Assembly: GCA_964016885.1 (NCBI GenBank)
Contig: CAXHJY010001129.1
Coordinates: 22,122-86,121, forward strand
DNA: 64,000 nucleotides
Source of the DNA: Eledone cirrhosa
Lineage: Eukaryota
Direction: 5' to 3'
Position 1 is the first letter of the stretch. Each line of letters starts with the position of its first letter. This document shows, in pieces, positions 39,356 to 52,884 of the stretch. A program made the translations under genes and the position numbers. A model generated the notes under the pieces. That model saw only the letters and a list, made by a program, of their open reading frames with translations, did not search any database and was not told where the DNA came from.

Positions 39356-39421
39356 TATTTTGTCTGATGAAGGCATAGCATATTGTTAATATGATATCCC
39401 CGAAATATATATAATGAAATA
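39356..39421 (+). ncRNA. Hammerhead motif, family A (right arm)
   Basis: TATTTTGT-CTGATGA-AGGCATAGCATATT-GTT-AATATGATATCCCC-GAAA-TATATA-TA-ATGAAATA. Confidence 0.7.
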
Positions 39422-39664
39422 AATATGGTTTTATAAATATAGTTTTCCATTTATTTAATATTGTAAATATTTGTCGAGTGCTTTTATATCAGTTATAAAT
39501 ATTTACTAGTTGTAACCCAACAATTTTAAATATAACTTTACATGTATATATATATATATATATTTATATATATTTATATATATATATATATAAATATTTA
39601 TATATATATATTTATATATATTTATATATATTTATATATATATATATTTATATATATATATATT

Positions 39665-39692
<28 letters not shown>

Positions 39693-39697
<5 letters not shown>

Positions 39698-40007
39698 ATA
39701 CTTTGGGAGGGTCATGTTGCCAATAAGAAACACACGCACCAGTTGCTTTCACTTCAATTTAATTTATTATATATTTATAAATTTACAAATTTATAAATTT
39801 CTGGTTGGTTGGTTGGTTCCACAACCAGATAGTTGTTTATATATATATAGTCATAGTTCTTTCGTCACACACTCTGTGGAACCAACCAACCAACCAGAAA
39901 TTTATAAATTTGTAAATTTATAAATATATAATAAATTAAATTGAAGTGAAAGCAACTGGTGCGTGTGTTTCTTATTGGCAACATGACCCTCCCAAAGTAT
40001 AACAATA
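39693..40007. repeat. Inverted pair of the family-B element (cf. 33300-33485)
   Basis: Minus copy truncated within stem II, joined to a plus copy. Confidence 0.85.
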
Positions 40008-40097
40008 TCGGTTTCAACACACAATTTCAGATAAAGAATCTTGCTAAACAAATTCAGAAACGAAATATATATATATATATTTATATATATATATATT

Positions 40098-40236
<139 letters not shown>

Positions 40237-40282
40237 GTATATATATATACATATATATATATATTTCTGTATATATATATAC

Positions 40283-40329
<47 letters not shown>

Positions 40330-40509
40330 CACAGGCACACACACATACATACATTTATATATATATACATGCACACACACACGCATATATATATATATAT
40401 ATATATACAGGCACACACACATGTACATATACACAAACATACACATGCATATATACATATACACAAGCACAAAGACACACACACATATGTACATATATAC
40501 ACACTCACA

Positions 40510-40918
40510 CCAACACCACTGGCACACCACCATTTCCACCACCACTACACCACCATAACACCACCACCACACCACCACCGCCACCACCACCACTACACCA
40601 CCACCACCACCACACAAAAACCACCACCACTACCACCACCACCACCACACCACCACTAGCACCACTACACCACCACCACCACCAACACCACCACCACCAC
40701 CACCACCACACCACCATCATCACCACCAACACCACCACCAACACCACCACGACCACCACCACCACGACCACCACCACCACCACCAACACCACCAACACCA
40801 CCAACACCACCAACACCACCACCACCACCACCACCACAATCACTAACACCACCGCCAACACCACCACCACTAGCACCACCAACAACACCACCAACACCAC
40901 CACTACACCACCCTCACC
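40510..40918. repeat. (CAC)n microsatellite
   Basis: Low complexity; ends just before the exon h acceptor. Confidence 0.95.
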
Positions 40919-40940
40919 ATTCTCTCTCATATTCCCACAG

Positions 40941-40983
40941 GTACCCATGTCACTCTATATGCAAACCACACCTCAACCACCAG
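40941..40983 (+). CDS. Delta-like gene, exon h (Pro/Thr linker)
   Basis: attcccacag| acceptor; [14 protein letters not shown]; CAG|gtaagt; phases 0 and 1 fit both neighbours. Confidence 0.8.
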
Positions 40984-41479
40984 GTAAGTCACACCTTTAA
41001 TTAGTTTGCATCCCTGGACCAGCACACACACACACACTCCCACATGCTCTCTCAATCCTTCCCCCACCCTGGACCACTTTGTCCTCATCATAGACCCCTC
41101 ACCTCACCCCAGATCACCTTGTCATCTCCAACGGAGGACCCTTTAGTTGTGTCAAAGACATGAAAACCCCCTTAGTGTTGGTGATCTACATACGCCCAGT
41201 ACACTCTGTAAAGTGGTTGGCGATAGGAAGGGCATCCAGCTGTAGAAAGCTTGCCAAACAAAAGGTTAGGTGCACCCTTCAGTTGTGTGAAGCCCATGAC
41301 AACTTCTCTGCATTTGGTAGAATGTATGACTATACTTAAGCTAAATATTGACCTACTTGACCTGTCAGGGAGGTCAATAGTCTCGCTCCAGTAATGACTT
41401 GATCAATGTAGACATGTCCAAATTTTTAAATGCTAAATGTTTAACCTTTTCAGTTCCATAGACAAGGCAACTTGTCCTA

Positions 41480-42790
41480 ACATGTATGAACTTGTTTCTA
41501 ACAGTTCATAACTCCAAAGTTATGAATTCGTTTCCAACAGTTCATAACTCCAAAGTTATGAACTCGTTTCCAACAGTTCATAACTCCAAAGTTATGAACT
41601 CGTTTCCAACAGTTCATAACTCCAAAGTTATGAATTCGTTTCCAACAGTTCATAACTCCAAAGTTAGTAACTCGTTTCCAACAGTTCATAACTCCAAAGT
41701 TAGTAACTCGTTTCCAACAGTTCATAACTCCAAAGTTAGTAACTCGTTTCCAACAGTTCATAACTCCAAAGTTATGAACTCGTTTCCAACAGTTCATAAC
41801 TCCAAAGTTAGTAACTCGTTTCCAACAGTTCATAACTCCAAAGTTATGAACTCGTTTCCAACAGTTCATAACTCCAAAGTTAGTAACTCGTTTCCAACAG
41901 TTCATAACTCCAAAGTTATGAACTCGTTTCCAACAGTTCATAACTCCAAAGTTATGAATTCGTTTCCAACAGTTCATAACTCCAAAGTTAGTAACTCGTT
42001 TCCAACAGTTCATAACTCCAAAGTTATGAACTCGTTTCCAACAGTTCATAACTCCAAAGTTAGTAACTCGTTTCCAACAGTTCATAACTCCAAAGTTATG
42101 AACTCGTTTCCAACAGTTCATAACTCCAAAGTTATGAATTCGTTTCCAACAGTTCATAACTCCAAAGTTAGTAACTCGTTTCCAACAGTTCATAACTCCA
42201 AAGTTATGAACTCGTTTCCAACAGTTCATAACTCCAAAGTTAGTAACTCGTTTCCAACAGTTCATAACTCCAAAGTTATGAACTCGTTTCCAACAGTTCA
42301 TAACTCCAAAGTTATGAATTCGTTTCCAACAGTTCATAACTCCAAAGTTAGTAACTCGTTTCCAACAGTTCATAACTCCAAAGTTATGAACTCGTTTCCA
42401 ACAGTTCATAACTCCAAAGTTATGAATTCGTTTCCAACAGTTCATAACTCCAAAGTTAGTAACTCGTTTCCAACAGTTCATAACTCCAAAGTTAGTAACT
42501 CGTTTCCAACAGTTCATAACTCCAAAGTTAGTAACTCGTTTCCAACAGTTCATAACTCCAAAGTTATGAACTCGTTTCCAACAGTTCATAACTCCAAAGT
42601 TAGTAACTCGTTTCCAACAGTTCATAACTTTAAAGTTATGAACTCGTTTCCAACAGAAGATGGTAAGGGAGATGTGCTGGAAGAGCCATCCATCTCGCGA
42701 GGCTGACACTTGCGGCTGGCCAGCTCGAACTCGTTTCCAACGGTTCATAGCTTCACAGATATCAACTCGTTTCCAACAGTTCATAACTTC
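41480..42790. repeat. 36-bp palindromic minisatellite (~32 units)
   Basis: Each unit contains GTTCATAAC-TCCAAA-GTTATGAAC. Confidence 0.95.
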
Positions 42791-42899
42791 ACAGCTAGAT
42801 GGCGTTACTAGTTTATTGAGGTGGCGTTTGTAAATCATTCAGATGTGTCTTGTTAATAAATGTTTGTTTAAAAAAATAGACATTTTACTGAAAAAATAA

Positions 42900-43535
42900 A
42901 CCAGCACAGCAATTGTAGCTGTGTAAAATATACACAGTAGTCAACACAGCAACTGTAGCTGTGTAAAATATACACAGCAGTCAACACAGCAACAGTAGCT
43001 GTGTAAAATATACACAGTAGTCAACACAGCAAGTGTAGCTGTGTAAAATATACATAGCAGTCAACACAGCAACTGTAGCTGTGTGAAATATACAGAGTAG
43101 TCAACATAGAAACTGTAGCTGTGTAAAATATACTCAGCAGTCAACACAGCAACAGTAGCTGTGTAAAATATACAGAGTAGTCAACACAGCAACTGTAACT
43201 GTGTAAAATATATGCAGTAGTCAACACAGCATAGTCAACACAGCAACTGTAGCTGTATAAAATATACACAGTAGTCAACATAGCAACTGTAACCGGGTAA
43301 CACAGCAACTGTAGCTGTATAAAATATACACAGTAGTCAACACAGCAATTGTAACTGGGTAACACAGCAACTGTAGCTGTGTAAAAAATACACAGTAGTC
43401 AACACAGCAACTGTAGCTGAGTAAAATATACACAGTAGTTAACACAGCAACTGTAGCTGAGTAAAATATACACAGCAGTAGCTGTATAAAATATACACAG
43501 CAGTAGCTGTGTAAAATATACTCAGCAGTCAACAG
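42900..43535. repeat. 40-bp minisatellite
   Basis: GTCAACACAGCAACTGTAGCTGTGTAAAATATACACAGTA. Confidence 0.9.
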
Positions 43536-43673
43536 GTTAAATGGTAAAGCGTTAATGCACGTATGAACGGCCAGTTATGGCCGGTTTGAACAGAAAGAGA
43601 AAAGAGAATTGTGGCCAGATATGGCCGGTTTTAAATGCTAAAGGGTTAATTCTTTGGAATGTTGTCTGTTTAG

Positions 43674-43833
43674 ATTCCAACTCGGCCGAGATCTTCCTGA
43701 TTGGAGAAGTAGATTCCATAGACTTTAACATTATCAAAGAGGAACTTCGTTATCTCTTGTCATATCAGGCCGAGGTGGACATGAGCCATGTGGAGCTACA
43801 GCTGGAAATTAGCAAAGCTTCTATGGATGATGA
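43674..43833 (+). CDS. Delta-like gene, exon i (membrane-proximal stalk, part 1)
   Basis: gtttag| acceptor, phase 1; DSNSAEIFLIGEVDSIDFNIIKEELRYLLSYQAEVDMSHVELQLEISKASMDD; GA|gtgagt, phase 2. Confidence 0.83.
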
Positions 43834-43844
43834 GTGAGTTTTTC

Positions 43845-44610
43845 ATGGTTTTTGTTGTTGTTGTTGTTGTTGTTACTGTTGTTGTTACTGTTGTGTTTGT
43901 GGTGTTGGTGTTGTTGCTGTTGTTGTTGTTTGTGGTGTTGTTGTTACTGTTGTTGTTGGTGGTGTGCTTATTGTTTGTGGTGTGGTTGTTGTGGTTGTTG
44001 TTGTTTGTGGTGATGTTGTTACTGTTGTTTTTGGTGGTGTTCTTATTGTTTGTGGTGTGGTTGTTGTTTTGTTGTTTGTGGTGTTGTTGTTACTGTTGTT
44101 GGTGGTGTTCTTATTGTTTGTGGTGTGGGTGTTGTGGTTGTTGTTGTTGTTGTTGTTGTTGTTACTGTTGTTGTTACTGTTGTTGTTGTTACTGTTGTTG
44201 TTGTTGTTACTGTTGTTTTTGGTGGTGTTCTTATTGTTTGTGGTGTGGTTGTTGTGGTTGTTGTTGTTGTTGTTTCTGGTGTTGATGTTATTGTTGTGTT
44301 TGTGGTGTTGTTATTGTTGTTGTTGTTTGTGGTGTTGTTGTTACTGTGGTGTTGTTGTTACTGTTGTTGTTGGTGGTGTTCTTATTGTTTGTGGTGTCGT
44401 TGTTGTTGTTTGTGGTGTTGTTGTTACTGTTGTTTTTGGTGGTGTTCTTATTGTTTGTGGTGTGGTTGTTGTGGTTGTTGTTTCTGGTGTTGTTATTACC
44501 GTTGTGTTTGTGGTGTTGTTGTTGTTGTTGTTACTGTTCTTGTGATTGTTTGTGTGGTGGTGTTCGTGTTGTTGTTTGTGTTATTGGTGTTGCTGTTGTT
44601 GTCGTGGTGT
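43845..44610. repeat. (GTT/GGT)n compound microsatellite
   Basis: Begins immediately after the exon i donor. Confidence 0.95.
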
Positions 44611-47600
44611 AGAAACAATTATTACGGGGTTGATAAAATAAAGTACCAGTAATACACTGGGGTAATTGCTGGCCTTCTGCCAAAAGTAGAAACACTTATT
44701 ACGGGGTTGATAAAATAAAGTACCAGTAATACACTGGGGTAATTGCTGGCCTTCTGCCAAAAGTAGAAACACTTATTACGGGGTTGATAAAATAAAGTAC
44801 CAGTAATACACTGGGGTAATTGCTGGCCTTCTGCCAAAAGTAGAAACACTTATTACGGGGTTGATAAAATAAAGTACCAGTAATACACTGGGGTAATTGC
44901 TGGCCTTCTGCCAAAAGTAGAAACACTTATTACGGGGTTGATAAAATAAAGTACCAGTAATACACTGGGGTAATTGCTGGCCTTCTGCCAAAAGTAGAAA
45001 CACTTATTACGGGGTTGATAAAATAAAGTACCAGTAATACACTGGGGTAATTGCTGGCCTTCTGCCAAAAGTAGAAACACTTATTACGGGGTTGATAAAA
45101 TAAAGTACCAGTAATACACTGGAGGAAATTGCTGGCCTTCTGCCAAAAGTAGAAACACTTATTACGGGGTTGATAAAATAAAGTACCAGTAATACACTGG
45201 GGTAATTGCTGGCCTTCTGCCAAAAGTAGAAACACCTATTACGGGGTTGATAAAATAAAGTACCAGTAATACACTGGGGTAATTGCTGGCCTTCTGCCAA
45301 AAGTAGAAACACTTATTACGGGGTTGATAAAATAAAGTACCAGTAATACACTGGGGTACTTGCTGGCCTTGTGCCTAAAGTAGAGAATTATTACAGGGTT
45401 GATAAAATAAAGTACCAGTAATACACTGGGGTAATTGCTGGCCTTCTGCCAAAAGTAGAAACACTTATTACGGGGTTGATAAAATAAAGTACCAGTAATA
45501 CACTGGGGTAATTGCTGGCTTTGTGCCCCCAAAAGTAGAAACAGTTATTACGGGGTCAGTAAAATAAAGTACCAGTAATACACTGGGGTAATTGCTGGCC
45601 TTCTGCCAAAAGTAGAAACACTTATTACGGGGTTGATAAAATAAAGTACCAGTAATACACTGGGGTAATTGCTGGCCTTGTGCCCCCAAAAGTAGAAACA
45701 CTTATTACGGGGTTGATAAAATAAAGTACCAGTAATACACTGGGGTAATTGCTGGCCTTGTGCCCCCAAAAGTAGAAACACTTATTACGGGGTTGATAAA
45801 ATAAAGTACCAGTAATACACTGGGGTAATTGCTGGCCTTGTGCCCCCTAAAGTAGAAACACTTATTACGGGGTTGATAAAATAAAGTACCAGTAATACAC
45901 TGGGGTAATTGCTGGCCTTGTGCCCCCAAAAGTAGAAACACTTATTACGGGGTTGATAAAATAAAGTACCAGTAATACACTGGGGTAATTGCTGGCCTTG
46001 TGCCCCCTAAAGTAGAAACACTTATTACGGGGTTGATAAAATAAAGTACCAGTAATACACTGGGGTAATTGCTGGCCTTCTGCCAAAAGTAGAAACACTT
46101 ATTACGGGGTTGATAAAATAAAGTACCAGTAATACACTGGAGGAAATTGCTGGCCTTCTGCCAAAAGTAGAAACACTTATTACGGGGTTGATAAAATAAA
46201 GTACCAGTAATACACTGTAGTAATTGCTGGCCTTCTGCCAAAAGTAGAAACACTTATTACGGGGTTGATAAAATAAAGTACCAGTAATACACTGGGGTAA
46301 TTGCTGGCCTTCTGCCAAAAGTAGAAACACTTATTACGGGGTTGATAAAATAAAGTACCAGTAATACACTGGGGTACTTGCTGGCCTTGTGCCTAAAGTA
46401 GAGAATTATTACAGGGTTGATAAAATAAAGTACCAGTAATACACTGGGGTAATTGCTGGCCTTGTGCCCCCAAAAGTAGAAACACTTATTACGGGGTTGA
46501 TAAAATAAAGTACCAGTAATACACTGGGGTAATTGCTGGCCTTGTGCCCCCTAAAGTAGAAACACTTATTACGGGGTTGATAAAATAAAGTACCAGTAAT
46601 ACACTGGGGTAATTGCTGGCCTTGTGCCCCCAAAAGTAGAAACACTTATTACGGGGTTGATAAAATAAAGTACCAGTAATACACTGGGGTAATTGCTGGC
46701 CTTGTGCCCCCTAAAGTAGAAACACTTATTACGGGGTTGATAAAATAAAGTACCAGTAATACACTGGGGTAATTGCTGGCCTTCTGCCAAAAGTAGAAAC
46801 ACTTATTACGGGGTTGATAAAATAAAGTACCAGTAATACACTGGAGGAAATTGCTGGCCTTCTGCCAAAAGTAGAAACACTTATTACGGGGTTGATAAAA
46901 TAAAGTACCAGTAATACACTGTAGTAATTGCTGGCCTTCTGCCAAAAGTAGAAACACTTATTACGGGGTTGATAAAATAAAGTACCAGTAATACACTGGG
47001 GTAATTGCTGGCCTTCTGCCAAAAGTAGAAACACTTATTACGGGGTTGATAAAATAAAGTACCAGTAATACACTGGGGTACTTGCTGGCCTTGTGCCTAA
47101 AGTAGAGAATTATTACAGGGTTGATAAAATAAAGTACCAGTAATACACTGGGGTACTTGCTGGCCTTGTGCCTAAAGTAGAGAATTATTACAGGGTTGAT
47201 AAAATAAAGTACCAGTAATACACTGGGGTAATTGCTGGCCTTCTGCCAAAAGTAGAAACACTTATTACGGGGTTGATAAAATAAAGTACCAGTAATACAC
47301 TGGGGTAATTGCTGGCCTTCTGCCAAAAGTAGAAAAACTTATTACGGGGTTGATAAAATAAAGTACCAGTAATACACTGGGGTAATTGCTGGCCTTGTGC
47401 CCCCAAAAGTAGAAACAGTTATTACGGGGTTGATAAAATAAAGTACCAGTAATACACTGGGGTAATTGCTGGCCTTCTGCCAAAAGTAGAAACACTTATA
47501 ACGGGGTTGATAAAATAAAGTACCAGTAATACACTGGGGTAATTGCTGGCCTTCTGCCAAAAGTAGAAACACTTATTACGGGGTTGATAAAATAAAGTAC

Positions 47601-48815
47601 CAGTAATACACTGGGGTAATTGCTGGCCTTCTGCCAAAAGTAGAAACACTTATTACGGGGTTGATAAAATAATGTACCAGTAATACACTGAGGTAATTGC
47701 TGGCCTTCTGCCAAAAGTAGAAACACTTATTACGGGGTTGATAAAATAAAGTACCAGTAATACACTGGGGTAATTGCTGGCCTTCTGCCAAAAGTAGAAA
47801 CACTTATTACGGGGTTGATAAAATAAAGTACCAGTAATACACTGGGGTAATTGCTGGCCTTCTGCCAAAAGTAGAAACACTTATTACGGGGTTGATAAAA
47901 TAAAGTACCAGTAATACACTGTGGTAATTGCTGGCCTTCTGCCAAAAGTAGAAACACTTATTACGGGGTTGATAAAATAAAGTACCAGTAATACACTGGG
48001 GTAATTGCTGGCCTTCTGCCAAAAGTAGAAACACTTATTACGGGGTTGATAAAATAAAGTACCAGTAATACACTGGGGTACTTGCTGGCCTTGTGCCTAA
48101 AGTAGAGAATTATTACAGGGTTGATAAAATAAAGTACCAGTAATACACTGGGGTAATTGCTGGCCTTGTGCCCCCAAAAGTAGAAACACTTATTACGGGG
48201 TTGATAAAATAAAGTACCAGTAATACACTGGGGTAATTGCTGGCCTTCTGCCAAAAGTAGAAACACTTATTACGGGGTTGATAAAATAAAGTACCAGTAA
48301 TACACTGGGGTACTTGCTGGCCTTGTGCCTAAAGTAGAGAATTATTACGGGGTTGATAAAATAAAGTACCAGTAATACACTGGGGTACTTGCTGGCCTTG
48401 TGCCTAAAGTAGAAACACTTATTACGGGGTTGATAAAATAAAGTACCAGTAATACACTGTGGTAATTGCTGGCCTTGTGCCAAAAGTAGAAACACTTATT
48501 ACGGGGTTGATAAAATAAAGTACCAGTAATACACTGGGGTAATTGCTGGCCTTCTGCCAAAAGTAGAAAAACTTATTACGGGGTTGATAAAATAAAGTAC
48601 CAGTAATACACTGGGGTAATTGCTGGCCTTGTGCCCCCAAAAGTAGAAACAGTTATTACGGGGTTGATAAAATAAAGTACCAGTAATACACTGGGGTAAT
48701 TGCTGGCCTTGTGCCCCCAAAAGTAGAAACACTTATTACGGGGTTGATAAAATAAAGTACCAGTAATACACTGGGGTAATTGCTGGCCTTGTGCCCCCCA
48801 AACGTAGAAACATTT
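44610..48815 (+). repeat. 77-80-bp minisatellite (~54 units) derived from the second SINE's 3' half
   Basis: Unit CGGGGTTGATAAAATAAAGTACCAGTAATACACTGGGGTAATTGCTGGCC...; no tRNA head. Confidence 0.92.
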
Positions 48816-48864
48816 ATTATATTTTATAGTTTTTGTTGTTGTTATCTTTTCCTGCCTCCTACAG

Positions 48865-49045
48865 GGTCAACGTTGTCCGAGTCGTAGCCACGGCCACCTC
48901 GGACATCCCCGAGGAGCAGGCTAGACTGGAAAACCTACAGCAGGCCTGGGAGGAGATCCCCAGGGTCTCACTCCAGTACGATCTCTCCTACCCTGTTTAC
49001 TACGGACACATCAAGGACGAAAACCCAGAAAGTGCACCGACAGAG
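48865..49045 (+). CDS. Delta-like gene, exon j (stalk, part 2)
   Basis: cctcctacag| acceptor, phase 2; VNVVRVVATATSDIPEEQARLENLQQAWEEIPRVSLQYDLSYPVYYGHIKDENPESAPTE; GAG|gtgggt, phase 0. Confidence 0.83.
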
Positions 49046-49069
49046 GTGGGTTGTGTGTGTGTGTGTCGT

Positions 49070-52000
49070 AATCATCATCATCATCATCACCATCATCACC
49101 ACCATCATCACCACCATCATCACCACCATCACCACCACCATCACCACCATCATCACCACCATCACCATCATCACCACCACCACCACCACCACCACCACCA
49201 CCATCACCACCACCACCACCATCACCATCACCATCACCACCACCATCACATCATCATCATCACCACCACCACCACCACCACCATCACCACCACCACCACC
49301 ACCATCATCATCACCACCACCACCATCACCATCATCATCACCACCACCACCACCACCATCACCACCACCACCACCATCATCACCATCATCACCATCACCA
49401 CCACCATCACCATCACCACCACCACCATCATCACCATCACCACCATCACCATCACCACCACCACCATCATCACCATCACCACCATCACCATCATCACCAC
49501 CACCACCATCACCATCACCACCACCACCACCATCATCATCACCGCCACCACCATCACCATCACCATCATCATCAACACCACCGCCACCACCACCACCATC
49601 ATCACCACCATCACCACCACCACCACCACCACCACCACCACCACCATCATCATCACCGCCACCACCATCACCATCATCATCAACACCACCGCCACCACCA
49701 CCACCACCACCATCACCACCACCGCCACCACCACCACCACCACCATCACCACACCCCACCCACCACACCACCACCACCCCCCCCCACCACCACCCCCACA
49801 CCACCACCAACACCCCCCCCCCCACCACCCAACCCCACCACCACCACCACCCCCCACCACACCACCACCACCACCACCACCACCCACCACCCCACCACCA
49901 CCACCACCACCCCCCCACACCACCACCACCACCACACCACCCCCACACCACCACCACCACCACCAAACCACCCCAACCCACCCACCACCACCACACCACC
50001 ACCACCCACCACCCACCACCACCACCACCACCACCACCACCACCCACCACCACCCACCCACCACCATCACCACCACCACCACCACCACCACCACCACCAC
50101 CCACCACCACCACCACCACCCACACCACCCCACCCCCCCCACCACCACCACCACACCACCACACCACCACCACCACACACCCACCACCACCACCACCACC
50201 CATCACCACCACCACACCACCCCATCACCCACCACCACCTCACCACCACCACCACCAACACCACCCCACCACCTCACCACCATCACCACCACCCACCACC
50301 CCACCATCACCACCACCATCCCACCACCACCACCACCACCACCACCATCACCACCACCCCACCATCACCCACCACCCACCACCCACCCCATCACCACCAC
50401 CATCACCACCACCACCACCACCATCACCACCACCCATCACCACCCCACCACCACCACCACCACCATCACACCACCATCACCACACCACCACCACCATCAC
50501 CACCACACCATCACCACCACCACCATCACCATCACCACCACCACCACCACCACCATCACCACCACCGCCAACCACCACCACCACACCATCCACCACCATC
50601 ACCACCACCACCACCACCACCACCATCACCACCACCACCACCACCATCACCACCACCACCACCACCCACCACACACCACCACCGCCACCCCACCACCACC
50701 ATCACCACCACCACCACACCACACCACCACCACCATCATCATCACCGCCACCACCACCACCACACCACCACCGCCACCACCACCCACCACCACCACCACC
50801 ACCCCACCTCATCATCACCGCCACCACCACCACCACACCACCACCGCCACCACATCACCACCACACCACCATCACACCACCACCACCACCACCATCACCA
50901 CACCCCACCATCACTACCACCACCATCACCATCACCACCACCACCACCCACCACCACCACCACCATCATCCATCACCGCCCCACCCTCACCATCACCATC
51001 ATCATCAACCACCACCGCCACCACCACCATCACCACCATCACCATCATCATCAACACCACCGCCACCACCACCATCACCACCCTCACCACCACCATCACC
51101 ACCACCACCACCACCACCATCACCATCACCACCCCACCACCACCACCACACACCATCACCATCACCACCACCATCACATCATCATCATCACCCCACCACC
51201 ACCACCACCACCACCACCACACCACCATCATCATCACCACCACCACCATCACCATCACCATCACCACCACCATCACATCATCATCATCACCACCACCACC
51301 ACCACCACCACCACCACCACCACCACCACCACCACCCATCATCACTCACCACCACCACCATCACCATCATCATCACCACCACCACCATCACCATCATCAC
51401 CACCACCATTATCACATCACCATCATCACCACCAGCATCACATCACCATCATCACCACCACCACCACCATCACCATCACCACCACCATCACCATCATCAC
51501 CATCACCACCATCATCACCATCACCACCATCACCACCACCACCACCATCATCATCACCGCCACCACCATCACCATCACCATCAACCACCACCCGCCACCA
51601 CCACCACCACCACCATCCACCCCACCACCACCATCACCACACCAACACCACACCATCACATCATCATCATCACCACCACCACCACCACCACCACCATCAT
51701 CACCACCACCACCACCACCACCACCACCACCACCACCACCACCACCACATCATCACCCACCACCACCATCACCATCATCATCACCACCACCCACATCACC
51801 ATCATCACCACCACATCATCACATCACCATCATCACCACCAGCATCCATCACCATCACCACCACCACCACCATCATCACCACCACCACCATCATCACCAC
51901 CACCATCACCACCATCACCACCATCACCACCACCACCACCACCACCACCACCACCACCACCACCATCACCACCACCACCATCACCACCACCACCACCACC

Positions 52001-52730
52001 ATCACCACCACCCACCATCACCATCATCACCACCACCACCACCATCACCATCATCACCACCACCATCATCACATCACCATCATCACCATCATCACCACCA
52101 TCATCACATCACCATCACCACCACCACCATCACCATCACCACCACCACCATCACCATTATCATCACCACCACCACCATCACCATCATCACCACCACCATC
52201 ACATCACCACCACCACCATCATCACCACCATCATCACATCACCATCACCACCACCACCATCACCACCACCACCATCACCACCATCACCACCACCATCACC
52301 ACCACCACCACCATCATCACCACCACCACCATCATCACATCACCATCATCACACCACCATCATCACATCACCATCATCACCATCATCACCACCACCATCA
52401 CCACCATCATCACCACCACCACCATCACCACCACACCACCACCACCACCATCACCACCACCACCATCATCACATCACCATCATCACACCACCATCATCAC
52501 ATCACCACCACCACCACCACCACCATCATCACCACCATCATCACATCACCACCACCACCACCACAACCATCACCACCATCATCACATCACCATCACCACC
52601 ATCACCACCATCACCACCACCACCACCACCATCACCACCACCACCATCACCACCATCACCACCACCACCAGCACCACCATCACCAGCACCACCATCACCA
52701 CCATCACCAGCACCACCATCACCATCACCA
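49070..52730. repeat. (CAC/CAT)n microsatellite, 3.7 kb
   Basis: Low complexity; source of the poly-H/T/P ORFs. Confidence 0.97.
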
Positions 52731-52884
52731 TTTTACATCCATTCTTCCACGCTAGCATGGGTTAGACGCTTTGCTCTGTTGTGGACAATGGCGGGTCAGG
52801 TGACCTCTTCTTGATTCTGGCTTGATTTCTACAGTGAGGGCTGGGTTCTTTTTAGCCCATGGCACCTCCATGACCACTTTACAG
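52730..52884 (-). mobile_element. RTE/SINE 3' end whose tail runs into the CAC/CAT array
   Basis: Matches the LINE terminal ...aacccatgctagcgtggaagaa.. on the minus strand. Confidence 0.75.

Noticed and set aside
41480-42790. CRISPR array (36-bp palindromic repeats)
   Set aside because: No unique spacers, no cas genes, eukaryotic intron; it is a pure tandem repeat.
48833-52814. Poly-His/Thr/Pro mucin- or extensin-like ORFs
   Set aside because: CAC/CAT repeat read-through beyond the exon j donor at 49045.
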